Assembly (NCBI GenBank): GCA_037189785.1
Contig: JBBCIP010000173.1
Location: 1-51,815 of the forward strand
Direction of reading: 5' to 3'
DNA: 51,815 bases
DNA from: Alphaproteobacteria bacterium
GTDB lineage: Bacteria > Pseudomonadota > Alphaproteobacteria > Sphingomonadales > Govanellaceae
In this document: piece by piece, positions 9,380-17,741 of the stretch
Layout of the letters: each line of letters opens with the position of its first letter
Numbering within the stretch: position 1 is the first letter of the stretch
The notes under the pieces: model-generated
Databases searched by the model: none
What the model saw: the letters and a program-made list of their open reading frames with translations, nothing else
Told to the model about the DNA's origin: nothing
Translations under genes and position numbers: made by a program

Positions 9380-10528
9380 ATGTTGATAAACAACTGGTAT
9401 GTCGCGGCATTTTCAAAAGACGTGGTCAAGGGCGTGCCCCATGGCGTGAAGATGCTTGGATGCGACTTCGTGCTCTATCGCCAGGAGGACGGAACAGCTG
9501 TTTGTCTGAGTGACGTGTGCTGCCACCGTGGCGCGTCGTTATCACGTGGTAAAGTTGTGGGGGAAGGCGAGGCTGTTGCTTGCCCATTCCACGGCTGGCA
9601 ATTCAATGGCCAAGGCGCTTGTGTCAAAATCCCCTCCATGGGCGACGTGAAAATTGCCAAGCGGGCCCGGATCGATAGCTATCCGGTTGTTGAAAAATAT
9701 GACTGGGTGTGGGTGTTCTTGGGCGATCTGCCCGAAGACAAGCGCCCGCCGGTGCCTGATTTGCTGCCGGAATATTATGACACCGAAACATGGCGTTCGA
9801 CCCATCTTTGCACGAACGTTCCCGTGAACTGGACCAAGATTGAAGAAAATTCTATCGATACCGCGCATCTAAGCTTTGTGCATGCGGTGTTCGGGAGTCG
9901 TGAAGATGCCAAGGCGACACTGGTTCCTTTAGAAAAGAAACCTTATGGCGCGCGCGTCTATCGTGAACGGACGGCGCCGAAAGCTGCGCAAAAATCTGGT
10001 GTGCTTGGACAAATGCTGTCTGAAGAACGGACCAAGACATCGGTGAGTTTGGAGTTTTGCATTGTCGGTATCTCCCACCGCATTCATCCGGAATTCCGCC
10101 CCGGCATGGCGCATATCGTGTTTTCGGCCACGACGCCGGTTGATCTTTACAACAGCCGGGTGTTCAGCATTCAAGCACGGAATTATGCAACTGCTCCCGA
10201 GCTTGACCAGGAACGGATTGATGGCCGTAAATATGCAATCGGCGAAGATATTGCCGTGGTCGGCCATGTCCGGCCAAAAGTCGGGCCGACACCGTTGACC
10301 GATGAATTCTTGGTTGAAGCGGATGCGATGGAAGTGGCGTTCCGGAAAGCGGTGACCCAACTGATCAAGAAAGGTTGGGAAATCGACAGCACAAAAGTGG
10401 CCGAAGAATACGACCGCAAGGTTTATGTCATCCCAAGCCCAGCGCGTCATGAAGATCCGAAAAATTGGGTCCATAGTGCGGTTCCGACAACGCAGCCGCG
10501 CGGTGACGATGATTTTGTTCTGAACTGA
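9380..10528 (+). CDS. Rieske non-heme iron oxygenase alpha subunit (VanA/phthalate-dioxygenase-like alpha3 type)
   Basis: Rieske CCHRG...CPFHGW, mononuclear Fe motif ENSIDTAHLSFVH, distal ED, N-terminal NNWYV. Start moved to ATG 9380. Confidence 0.92.
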   Translation: MLINNWYVAAFSKDVVKGVPHGVKMLGCDFVLYRQEDGTAVCLSDVCCHRGASLSRGKVVGEGEAVACPFHGWQFNGQGACVKIPSMGDVKIAKRARIDSYPVVEKYDWVWVFLGDLPEDKRPPVPDLLPEYYDTETWRSTHLCTNVPVNWTKIEENSIDTAHLSFVHAVFGSREDAKATLVPLEKKPYGARVYRERTAPKAAQKSGVLGQMLSEERTKTSVSLEFCIVGISHRIHPEFRPGMAHIVFSATTPVDLYNSRVFSIQARNYATAPELDQERIDGRKYAIGEDIAVVGHVRPKVGPTPLTDEFLVEADAMEVAFRKAVTQLIKKGWEIDSTKVAEEYDRKVYVIPSPARHEDPKNWVHSAVPTTQPRGDDDFVLN

Positions 10529-10546
10529 TTTCCGAGGTTCCTCATA

Positions 10547-11698
10547 ATGACGAGCATGGATAAAAAGCGGGATAGTGAACGCGGCGTCCATGCCGTTATG
10601 CCGCGGCAAACAGCAGCAGAAGAAGCGCGCTTCGAATTTTCCAAAGCGCTTAAAACGGCGCTTCGAAACGACTTCAAGTCACGTCTGCGCGCTCGCTATG
10701 ACGACATCCATAAACCGGCATTTGAGGCAGAGGCGGGTCACGCGCCGGAAACAGCCGATGATGTCGATGCGTTGATGAGCGAAGATACGCTTTATCAATG
10801 GTGGAGTGCGCTGCTCCGGGCGCAGCAAGAAGGCTATGTTCAAAACACGACGCTCTGTGTGGAACGCCAACTTGATGAGCTCAATGAGAAGTGTCGGACT
10901 ATTGCGAAAAACCCGCAGTTCGGCAGCCTGCGCTTGGATCGGTCTGTCGCTGTTCCCTACTATCAGAAAGACGTCGATATCCATTGCGTTCCTGGCTCTT
11001 ACTTCTTTGAACGCAGCGCCGACGATGTCGGCCAAGGGGCGCGGTCTGATCTTGGGGCCTTTATTTTTTCCTTAGGACGTCATGGCCCCTATAACGAAGA
11101 CAAGGGACTCTGCGGCGTTAAATTCATCGAAGATAGATTTCCGGATCTCAAGCCGCGCCGCATTTTGGATATGGGCTGCACCGTCGGGCAATCGACCTTG
11201 CCCTATGTCACGGCATTTCCAGATGCCGAAGTGCATGCCATAGATTTGGCCGCGCCCTGTTTGCGGTATGGTCACGCCCGCGCAGAATCATTGGGCAAGG
11301 CCGTGCATTTTTCACAAGCCAATGCCGAGCAGACAACATTCCCTGACGGCAGTTTCGATCTTGTGGTGTCGCATATTATGCTGCACGAAATTTCCCTGAA
11401 CGCGCTGAATAATATTCTGCGTGAATGTCACCGCTTGTTGCGTCCGGGCGGGGTGATGCTGCATGTGGAGGTTCCGATCCGACCGCAAGGTGTTTACGAG
11501 CGCTTCATGGCCAATTGGGATAGCGCCAATAACAACGAGCCGTTTTGGCGCACATTGGCCGAATTGGATCTGATCACGGCAGCCGAGAATGCCGGTTTCC
11601 CGCGTGAAGCAGTATTTGAAACAATCACCGACACCGCGTTCGCAAAAGCCGGCGGATGGTTGGTATTCGGTGCGCGTAAAATGGATGCAGCATCATGA
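10547..11698 (+). CDS. Class I SAM-dependent methyltransferase with long N-terminal extension (paralog B)
   Basis: ILDMGCTVGQS, VHAIDL, FPDGSFDLVVSH, RLLRPGG. Aligns end to end with 1400..2521. Confidence 0.87.
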   Translation: MTSMDKKRDSERGVHAVMPRQTAAEEARFEFSKALKTALRNDFKSRLRARYDDIHKPAFEAEAGHAPETADDVDALMSEDTLYQWWSALLRAQQEGYVQNTTLCVERQLDELNEKCRTIAKNPQFGSLRLDRSVAVPYYQKDVDIHCVPGSYFFERSADDVGQGARSDLGAFIFSLGRHGPYNEDKGLCGVKFIEDRFPDLKPRRILDMGCTVGQSTLPYVTAFPDAEVHAIDLAAPCLRYGHARAESLGKAVHFSQANAEQTTFPDGSFDLVVSHIMLHEISLNALNNILRECHRLLRPGGVMLHVEVPIRPQGVYERFMANWDSANNNEPFWRTLAELDLITAAENAGFPREAVFETITDTAFAKAGGWLVFGARKMDAAS

Positions 11699-12048
11699 GC
11701 GATCTGAAAAAAGCGCCCGCGGTGCCGCTCGGCGCACGTCCTGTTTTTCTGAAAAATGCGGATGATGAGCGATTGCTGGCGATGATTATGGCGGTCGCAT
11801 CGGAAGTTTCGGTCCTTTATGATCGCATTGATCGCTTGGAACGTGTGGCGGCGGAAAAGCCAAGCTTCAGTTTGGATGATCTTGCGGCTTATGAATTGAC
11901 GCCGGACGCCCGGGCGGCCCGCGCCGAATGGATGCAAGGATATGTGACGCGGCTGCTCAGAATTTTTCAGGAAACTCTTGATGATGCGGATGGCGGTGCA
12001 AGAACTGCGGCCTATAAAGACTTAATGGAACGTATGGCCAAGCCATGA
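11695..12048 (+). CDS. Small helical hypothetical protein (paralog of 15751..16068)
   Basis: ATGA-coupled to methyltransferase B. Ungapped similarity to the 15751 ORF supports coding status. Confidence 0.8.
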   Translation: MSDLKKAPAVPLGARPVFLKNADDERLLAMIMAVASEVSVLYDRIDRLERVAAEKPSFSLDDLAAYELTPDARAARAEWMQGYVTRLLRIFQETLDDADGGARTAAYKDLMERMAKP

Positions 12049-12101
12049 TGGCGGTTAAGAATAATTTGGCATGTACGTAACGAGATGGAACACAACAGAC
12101 G

Positions 12102-12998
12102 ATGTTTACAGTAGACGGTGATCCGCAACCCTTTGCCAAAGGCGATATCTTGATCGCAGCGACGGCGATCGACGATAGCAATATCGATTTTCGCAATTTG
12201 CGTGGGCCCGGTCGTATTCTTCATTTTGATAAAGAGTTCAATCGTAAATCGGTGTTGTGGACCGATCATGATGGCTTGGTTGTCAATCTTGCGGTTGATC
12301 CCCGGACGGATATTTTATATTCCGTCGATCCGACCGGACGTCATGTGGTGCCGTTCGGTCCTGATGCTGCACGCTTGCCAGATGTTGACTATTTGCCTGC
12401 GCGCCCGCTTGGGGCTTTGGTTTTTACGGGCAACGGCGACGCTTATATCGGTGTCCATTCCGCGCGCGGCCCGGTACCCGATGATAAATATGGTGCCGCA
12501 AAGTTATTCCGCTTTTCAACTGCGGATCAATCGGTCACCGCTATTGACGTCGATGTTGACGGCGGGCACACGGGTTGGCTCGGGGTTAATTACATGGCGC
12601 TCCATCCCAATGGGCGCGTGTTGTACATGGCATCCGAAGGTGGTCATCGTATTCTGCGATATGATCTGGACGCGGCAAAAATGCTGCCGGATTATGTCGC
12701 TTATGGAGACCAAGATCGGGACCGCACGTTTGGTTTTGCGTTCCTTGACGATCAAAATGTCGTGATGGTGACGGGCGCCGATCTGGTCATCCGTGATGAA
12801 GCGGCACAAGAAACAGTGCGCATACACTTGGGCGATAAGGGCTGGACCCGGGTTATTCCTGCTCACGATAAAAAAACGGCCTTTGTAATCAATTTCCTCG
12901 AAGGGAGATTGCAACGCAGACGTATTAATGACGGAGCGTTATTGTTCGAATATAATCTGGGCCGTAAATGTTCGATGTGTGGCTTGGTTGAGTATTGA
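12102..12998 (+). CDS. Hypothetical beta-propeller-like protein
   Basis: Repeating ~45-aa blade-like units (LAVDPRTDILYSVD, LVFTGNGDAYIG, MALHPNGRVLYMASEGGHRILRYDL, FAFLDDQNVVMV). Co-oriented within the operon. Confidence 0.65.
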   Translation: MFTVDGDPQPFAKGDILIAATAIDDSNIDFRNLRGPGRILHFDKEFNRKSVLWTDHDGLVVNLAVDPRTDILYSVDPTGRHVVPFGPDAARLPDVDYLPARPLGALVFTGNGDAYIGVHSARGPVPDDKYGAAKLFRFSTADQSVTAIDVDVDGGHTGWLGVNYMALHPNGRVLYMASEGGHRILRYDLDAAKMLPDYVAYGDQDRDRTFGFAFLDDQNVVMVTGADLVIRDEAAQETVRIHLGDKGWTRVIPAHDKKTAFVINFLEGRLQRRRINDGALLFEYNLGRKCSMCGLVEY

Positions 12999-13060
12999 TG
13001 GAGCAGAACGGCTCAATTGGTATTGGGAATGACAGTCTTCTCAGATGTTTGGAGAACAAG

Positions 13061-14653
13061 ATGACAGGATTCTTTAAAACCGCTGCTGTGGCGCTTGGTC
13101 TTGCCGTGGTCGGTTTTTCGACGCCGATGATGACGGTATCTGCCGATGCCCAATCATATTTGCGGCGTGGTACGGCGAGTGAACCGCCCTCTATCGATCC
13201 GCATTTGGCCGCGGGTGATTCGTCGTCTGTCATTATTGATGACTTGTTCGTTGGGTTGATGTCGTCCGGCAAAAACGGCGAGCTTATTTATGCGGTAGCC
13301 AAGAGCCATGAACTCAAGAAAGACGGCGTTACCTATGTGTTCCAAATTCGCCCCGGCTTAAAATGGTCCGACGGCAAAAAATTGGACGCGGCCGACGTGG
13401 TTTATTCTTTCCAACGGTTGATGAACCCGGCCACGGCAGCGCGCTATGCCGGTAACCTTTATATGATCAAGAACGCTATGGACGTTAATACCGGAAAGCT
13501 TCCGTTAGATAAGCTTGGTGTCCGTGCCGTTGACCCATTGACCGTTGAAATTACGTTGGAACAACGTACGCCTTATTTCCTTGAAGTGTTGCGGTCCAAC
13601 GCGGCAGTGATGGTGCCGCAACATGCAATTGCCACCCACAACACGACCTGGACCCGGGCCGGACGCATGGTCAGCAATGGGGCCTATAAATTGACGGAAT
13701 GGGTGCCGAATACGCAATTACGCATGACCCGCAACGAGAATTATTACAACGCGTCGTCCGTTGCGATTGGCGAAGTGGTTTATTATCCTGCGTCCGATCT
13801 CGGCACGATGTTGAAACGGTATCAGGCCAATGAACTGGATATCATTTTCAACTTCCCACCAGAACAGGTTGAAACTGTGCAGAAGCAGTTCAAGGCTGAC
13901 CTGCGGGAAGTCCCGGATTACGGGTTGTTCTATTGGCTTTTGAACGGAAAGAACGGTGCTCTCAAAGATCCACGCGTGCGCAAGGCCTTGGCGATTTCGC
14001 TTGATAAAAAAGCGATCACGCAGCGTCTTTTGAAGGGGGCTGTTGAACCGGCTTGGGGTGTTGTTCCGTCCGGGTTTGATCAATATCCGTCCAAAGTCAC
14101 GGATTATGACAAAGTACCCTTGAAGACACGGCAAGATGAAGCCCGCAAACTTTTAGCCGCTGCGGGCTATAGCAAAGCCAAGCCGTTGGAAGTTGAGATT
14201 CGTTTTGACAGCCGCGAAGAGCCGCGACAAATCGCCGTAGCTATGGGATCCATGTGGTCGGCCATTGGTGTCAAAGCAAAAATGCGGACCAGCGATTTCC
14301 GCTCGTTGTCGGCAGATGTGGCCAAGGGTGCTTTCGAGGTCGCCCGATATCAGTGGTTTGCGCCGTATCCGGATCCGGTGACCTTCGCCAACTTGTTGCG
14401 CGGTGGATCACGGACCAATCACTCAGGCTATAGCAATGCCAAAGTAAATGCTTTGTTGCTGCAAGCGGACGAAGAAACCGATCAAAAGAAACGTATGGAT
14501 CTTATGAGCCAAGCCGAAGCCCTGGCGATGGAAGATCATGCCGTTATTCCAATCTATTATACCGTAGCGCGGCGTTTGGTGAAACCACGGGTTCAGGGAT
14601 GGAACGACTTCCCGGGTGGTAAAGTGAAGTCGGAATATCTGTCGCTGAAGTAA
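13061..14653 (+). CDS. Peptide ABC transporter substrate-binding protein (OppA-like)
   Basis: EPPSIDP, DGVTYVFQIRPGLKWSDGKKLDAADVVYSFQRL, VSNGAYKLTEW, DPRVRKAL. Start ATG 13061 with GGAG RBS and a signal peptide. Confidence 0.92.
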   Translation: MTGFFKTAAVALGLAVVGFSTPMMTVSADAQSYLRRGTASEPPSIDPHLAAGDSSSVIIDDLFVGLMSSGKNGELIYAVAKSHELKKDGVTYVFQIRPGLKWSDGKKLDAADVVYSFQRLMNPATAARYAGNLYMIKNAMDVNTGKLPLDKLGVRAVDPLTVEITLEQRTPYFLEVLRSNAAVMVPQHAIATHNTTWTRAGRMVSNGAYKLTEWVPNTQLRMTRNENYYNASSVAIGEVVYYPASDLGTMLKRYQANELDIIFNFPPEQVETVQKQFKADLREVPDYGLFYWLLNGKNGALKDPRVRKALAISLDKKAITQRLLKGAVEPAWGVVPSGFDQYPSKVTDYDKVPLKTRQDEARKLLAAAGYSKAKPLEVEIRFDSREEPRQIAVAMGSMWSAIGVKAKMRTSDFRSLSADVAKGAFEVARYQWFAPYPDPVTFANLLRGGSRTNHSGYSNAKVNALLLQADEETDQKKRMDLMSQAEALAMEDHAVIPIYYTVARRLVKPRVQGWNDFPGGKVKSEYLSLK

Positions 14654-14674
14654 GTGATTTCCGTACGACATGAA

Positions 14675-14707
14675 AAAGGGCTATCCGAGATGATCGGATA
14701 GCCCTTT
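14675..14707. terminator. Probable bidirectional intrinsic terminator
   Basis: Perfect 14-bp stem AAAGGGCTATCCGA / TCGGATAGCCCTTT with a 5-nt loop, between convergent genes. Confidence 0.85.
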
Positions 14708-14740
14708 GATTTATGGCGATTTGCTCAAAGCGATTTGAGG

Positions 14741-15490
14741 CTAAGAACGGTTTAAGAATGTGTGGTGCTCGTAATGATCGGCGCGATAAAAGGTTTCAAG
14801 TCGTTCTATGGGACGATGTTGTTTATCAAACACCAGCATGCGGATGCGCATCAACGGAACCCCGACCTGGACCTTCAGGCGTGTTGCTAGGTTACTGTCG
14901 GCCAGTGTGGCGCCAATAACTTGGTCCGCTCCCAGAATATCAAACCCTTTTTCTTCCAGAATGGTGATGGTGGGGCTGGTGGTCAAGTCTTCGGGCTTAA
15001 TGTCTTTCACTAAGCTTGGCGGAAAGTAAAGTTCAGTAAAGCCGATTGGCGATCCATCCATCACGCGGGTGAACGAGGCGCGGATGACAGGACTATCGAC
15101 CGGCACGCGCAAATCTTTGGCCACCGCAGCGTCGGCAATGGTGTTGGATACCACGACATTTTCGAGTGTGGATCTGGCGCTCAACCGCTGCAATTTACGG
15201 ATCAGCTGATCCATATCGCCAACATTCGGAGCCGCCGCCAAGTCTTCGACCACGAATGTGCCGCGGCCCTGAATACGATCGATCAACCCTTCGCGCACCA
15301 GCATATCAACCGCATTCCTGAGCGTGATGCGGGACACCTCGAACATGGTGCACAGGCTGCTTTCGGATGGTAGGCGGGCGCCCGGTTGATAAACCCCGGT
15401 TTGTATCCAATGGCGCATGATGGAATAGACTTGCGCATAGCGCGGGACATGCAGGTCGGGGTTAAGGGTGGATACGCTCGCGTCGCCCAT
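14741..15490 (-). CDS. GntR-family transcriptional regulator (HutC/UTRA subfamily)
   Basis: PRYAQV...YQPGARLPSESSLCTMFEVSRITLRNAV...GRGTFV wHTH, plus UTRA-like C-terminus (PIERLETFYRADHY). Start placed at ATG 15490. Confidence 0.92.
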   Translation of the reverse strand: MGDASVSTLNPDLHVPRYAQVYSIMRHWIQTGVYQPGARLPSESSLCTMFEVSRITLRNAVDMLVREGLIDRIQGRGTFVVEDLAAAPNVGDMDQLIRKLQRLSARSTLENVVVSNTIADAAVAKDLRVPVDSPVIRASFTRVMDGSPIGFTELYFPPSLVKDIKPEDLTTSPTITILEEKGFDILGADQVIGATLADSNLATRLKVQVGVPLMRIRMLVFDKQHRPIERLETFYRADHYEHHTFLNRS

Positions 15491-15642
15491 CTGGTCTGCC
15501 TGTATCTTGAGTTTTGACTGGATATAGAATGGGCTGATTAGTCCTATTCTGATACGTTTTATTGCCTTTTTGACACCCAAAAAAGCACCGCAATAATAGC
15601 GCAAGGCCTTGTTTAAGCATAGACCTTATTATACGATGCGGA

Positions 15643-15671
15643 TATCATTATAATGTATTAATTATAATACA
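15643..15671. promoter_or_regulatory. Overlapping palindromes CATTATAATG and TGTATT-AATTAT-AATACA (candidate GntR autoregulatory operator)
   Basis: In the divergent gntR / small-protein intergenic region. TATCATTATA is identical to 7876-7885. Confidence 0.5.
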
Positions 15672-15750
15672 AAATACTCATGGGCATAGCCTGGGCTTGG
15701 ATGTATCATCCGGTTCATACCTGCCAGTTCCTATCTGAAGGAGTCGTGAC

Positions 15751-16068
15751 GTGGATAAATTGGATGCGGTAAAGAAGGTTCTTGCCACTCTGCCTGGCCC
15801 TAGACCTCAATTCTTCCAAGATCCGTCCATGGACCAGGTGATCGATATGACCGTGGCTTTGGCCGGGGAAGTTGCGGTTTTGTATGAACGCTTGGATAGT
15901 CTCGAGCGGTTGATCGAAGCGGCCGGTATCGTCAAACAGTCTGATTTGAATACATTTCAGCCGGATCAACACGCCTTGGCCGAGCGCATGAAATGGAACG
16001 AAGCCTATGTGCTGCGTGTCTTCCACAGCGCCTCCGCTAAGGACTTTGGCGAAGGCCAAACGGAATAG
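15751..16068 (+). CDS. Small helical hypothetical protein (paralog of 11695..12048)
   Basis: GTG start with AAGGAG RBS. Shares G-x-RP-x-F...M-x-x-A-x-A-x-EV-x-VLY-x-R-x-D-x-LER...R-x-x-W-x-x-x-YV-x-R with the 11695 ORF. Confidence 0.8.
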   Translation: MDKLDAVKKVLATLPGPRPQFFQDPSMDQVIDMTVALAGEVAVLYERLDSLERLIEAAGIVKQSDLNTFQPDQHALAERMKWNEAYVLRVFHSASAKDFGEGQTE

Positions 16069-16092
16069 CCTTCGTCCCATATTACGAGCCCC

Positions 16093-17442
16093 TTATATTG
16101 TGGAAGTTGGTTTTTTACGCTCCGCAGATCGATACGTTGCTGCAGACTGATGCAGCGATAGTCCAGCGGTTTCTTTTAAGAAAAACAAAGCAACAGCACC
16201 GACGGCGCAGGCGACCATCATGGAATAGGCCGGCATCAACGGATCGCCGGTTACGCGGATCAACACGCTGTTAAAGGCCGGTGCCGTGCCGCCAAATAGC
16301 GATGTGGCAATATTATAGGAAATCGCAAAGCCTGCGAACCGCACATAAGTTGGAAACATGGCTGGAAACGTAGCCGAAATTGTTGCGAGCTGAGGTGCAT
16401 ACAAAGCCCCCAACAAAACGAAACCGATTACTGCCCCGATGAAGCCTGTGGACATCAGCATGTAAAGCGGGACGACAAAAACAAACAAGCCCACGAGCGA
16501 AAATGCCCACAACGGTTTGCGACCGCATTTGTCCGATAGCGCACCGGCAACAGGCAGCAAGATCATCATGAACATCATGCCGATGATCGGTACCATCAAT
16601 GCTTGATCCGGTGTTAGATTAAGACGCCGCTGAAAATATGTCGGCATATAACTCAGCAATGTGTAATTGACCACATTCAGGGCAGTGACAAGGCCGCCCA
16701 TGATCAACAATGGCTGCCAATAGTTTTTACATATATAAATTAAAGACGGCGACCGGCGCGGCTGTTGGGGACTATGGGCAAAGTTTTCCAAGAACACAGG
16801 TGTGTCGTCCATGCGAGCGCGCAAATATAATCCGATCAATCCCATCGGCCCGGCAATTAAAAAAGGAACTCGCCATCCCCAGTCGTGCATAGCCTCGTGA
16901 CCAAGCCATAAGGAGAAACTCAGCATCAACAATGCGCCTAATGAAAATCCGGCGAGGGTGCCGACTTCAAGAAAACTGCCGTAAAATCCGCGTTTCTTAT
17001 CGGGTGCATATTCTGCCATGAAGGTGGCGGCGCCGCCGTATTCCCCGCCGGTGGAGAACCCTTGGATCATCCGCAAGATCACCAGTATAATTGGCGCTGC
17101 GATCCCAATGCTGTTATAGGATGGGATAAGGCCGACGCAAAACGTTGCCCCAGCCATCAATAAAATCGTCATCCCGAGCACAGATTTGCGGCCCAGGCGA
17201 TCACCCAATGGCCCCCAAAAAATTCCCCCCAATGGTCGGATCAGAAAAGAAACGGCAAAGGTTCCAAGCGCGAAAAAGACCGCTTGATCCAGATCGCCCG
17301 GAAATAAAGCGGCCGAGATATAGGTGACACCATAAGCATAGATGCCGTAATCAAACCACTCTGTAGCATTGCCGATGGCTGATGCAAGAATAGCGCGTTT
17401 TATAAGGGGTTTCGGAATTTCTGTATGTTCAGGCATAGACAT
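16093..17442 (-). CDS. MFS transporter, metabolite:H+ symporter family (ProP-like)
   Basis: IGNATEWFDYGIY, RPLGG...GDRLGRK, RMIQGFSTGGEYGGA, WGWRVPFL; about 12 hydrophobic segments. Confidence 0.92.
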   Translation of the reverse strand: MSMPEHTEIPKPLIKRAILASAIGNATEWFDYGIYAYGVTYISAALFPGDLDQAVFFALGTFAVSFLIRPLGGIFWGPLGDRLGRKSVLGMTILLMAGATFCVGLIPSYNSIGIAAPIILVILRMIQGFSTGGEYGGAATFMAEYAPDKKRGFYGSFLEVGTLAGFSLGALLMLSFSLWLGHEAMHDWGWRVPFLIAGPMGLIGLYLRARMDDTPVFLENFAHSPQQPRRSPSLIYICKNYWQPLLIMGGLVTALNVVNYTLLSYMPTYFQRRLNLTPDQALMVPIIGMMFMMILLPVAGALSDKCGRKPLWAFSLVGLFVFVVPLYMLMSTGFIGAVIGFVLLGALYAPQLATISATFPAMFPTYVRFAGFAISYNIATSLFGGTAPAFNSVLIRVTGDPLMPAYSMMVACAVGAVALFFLKETAGLSLHQSAATYRSAERKKPTSTI

Positions 17443-17741
17443 GAATTCCCATTGTCCTCGTGCTATTCAAAGCGGATTTTGGGGGCTTTTCTAAAATCGG
17501 CATAACTTGGGTTTTCCTTAATTATAGAATTCCGTTGTTTGTTGCGTATGAATGCGGTGATTCAAAAACAACAGTTTATGGCGGGTTGAATGCCATATAA
17601 CGAGAGCCATGGTGATCGGTAGCCCAGGGGTGAAGGGGAAACTATAAGCATAGCTGAGCATATTTCAACCCAGTCTTCATTATGACATGCTTGACAATGA
17701 TATTGAGATGCCGAAATCATAAGGCGGATGCTTTGTAAAAG

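Noticed and set aside
7874-15671. PpsR/CrtJ sites (TGT-N12-ACA fits 7874-7891 and 15654-15671)
   Set aside because: There are no photosynthesis or tetrapyrrole-synthesis genes here, the pattern is low-information, and the local GntR is a simpler explanation. Not formally excluded.
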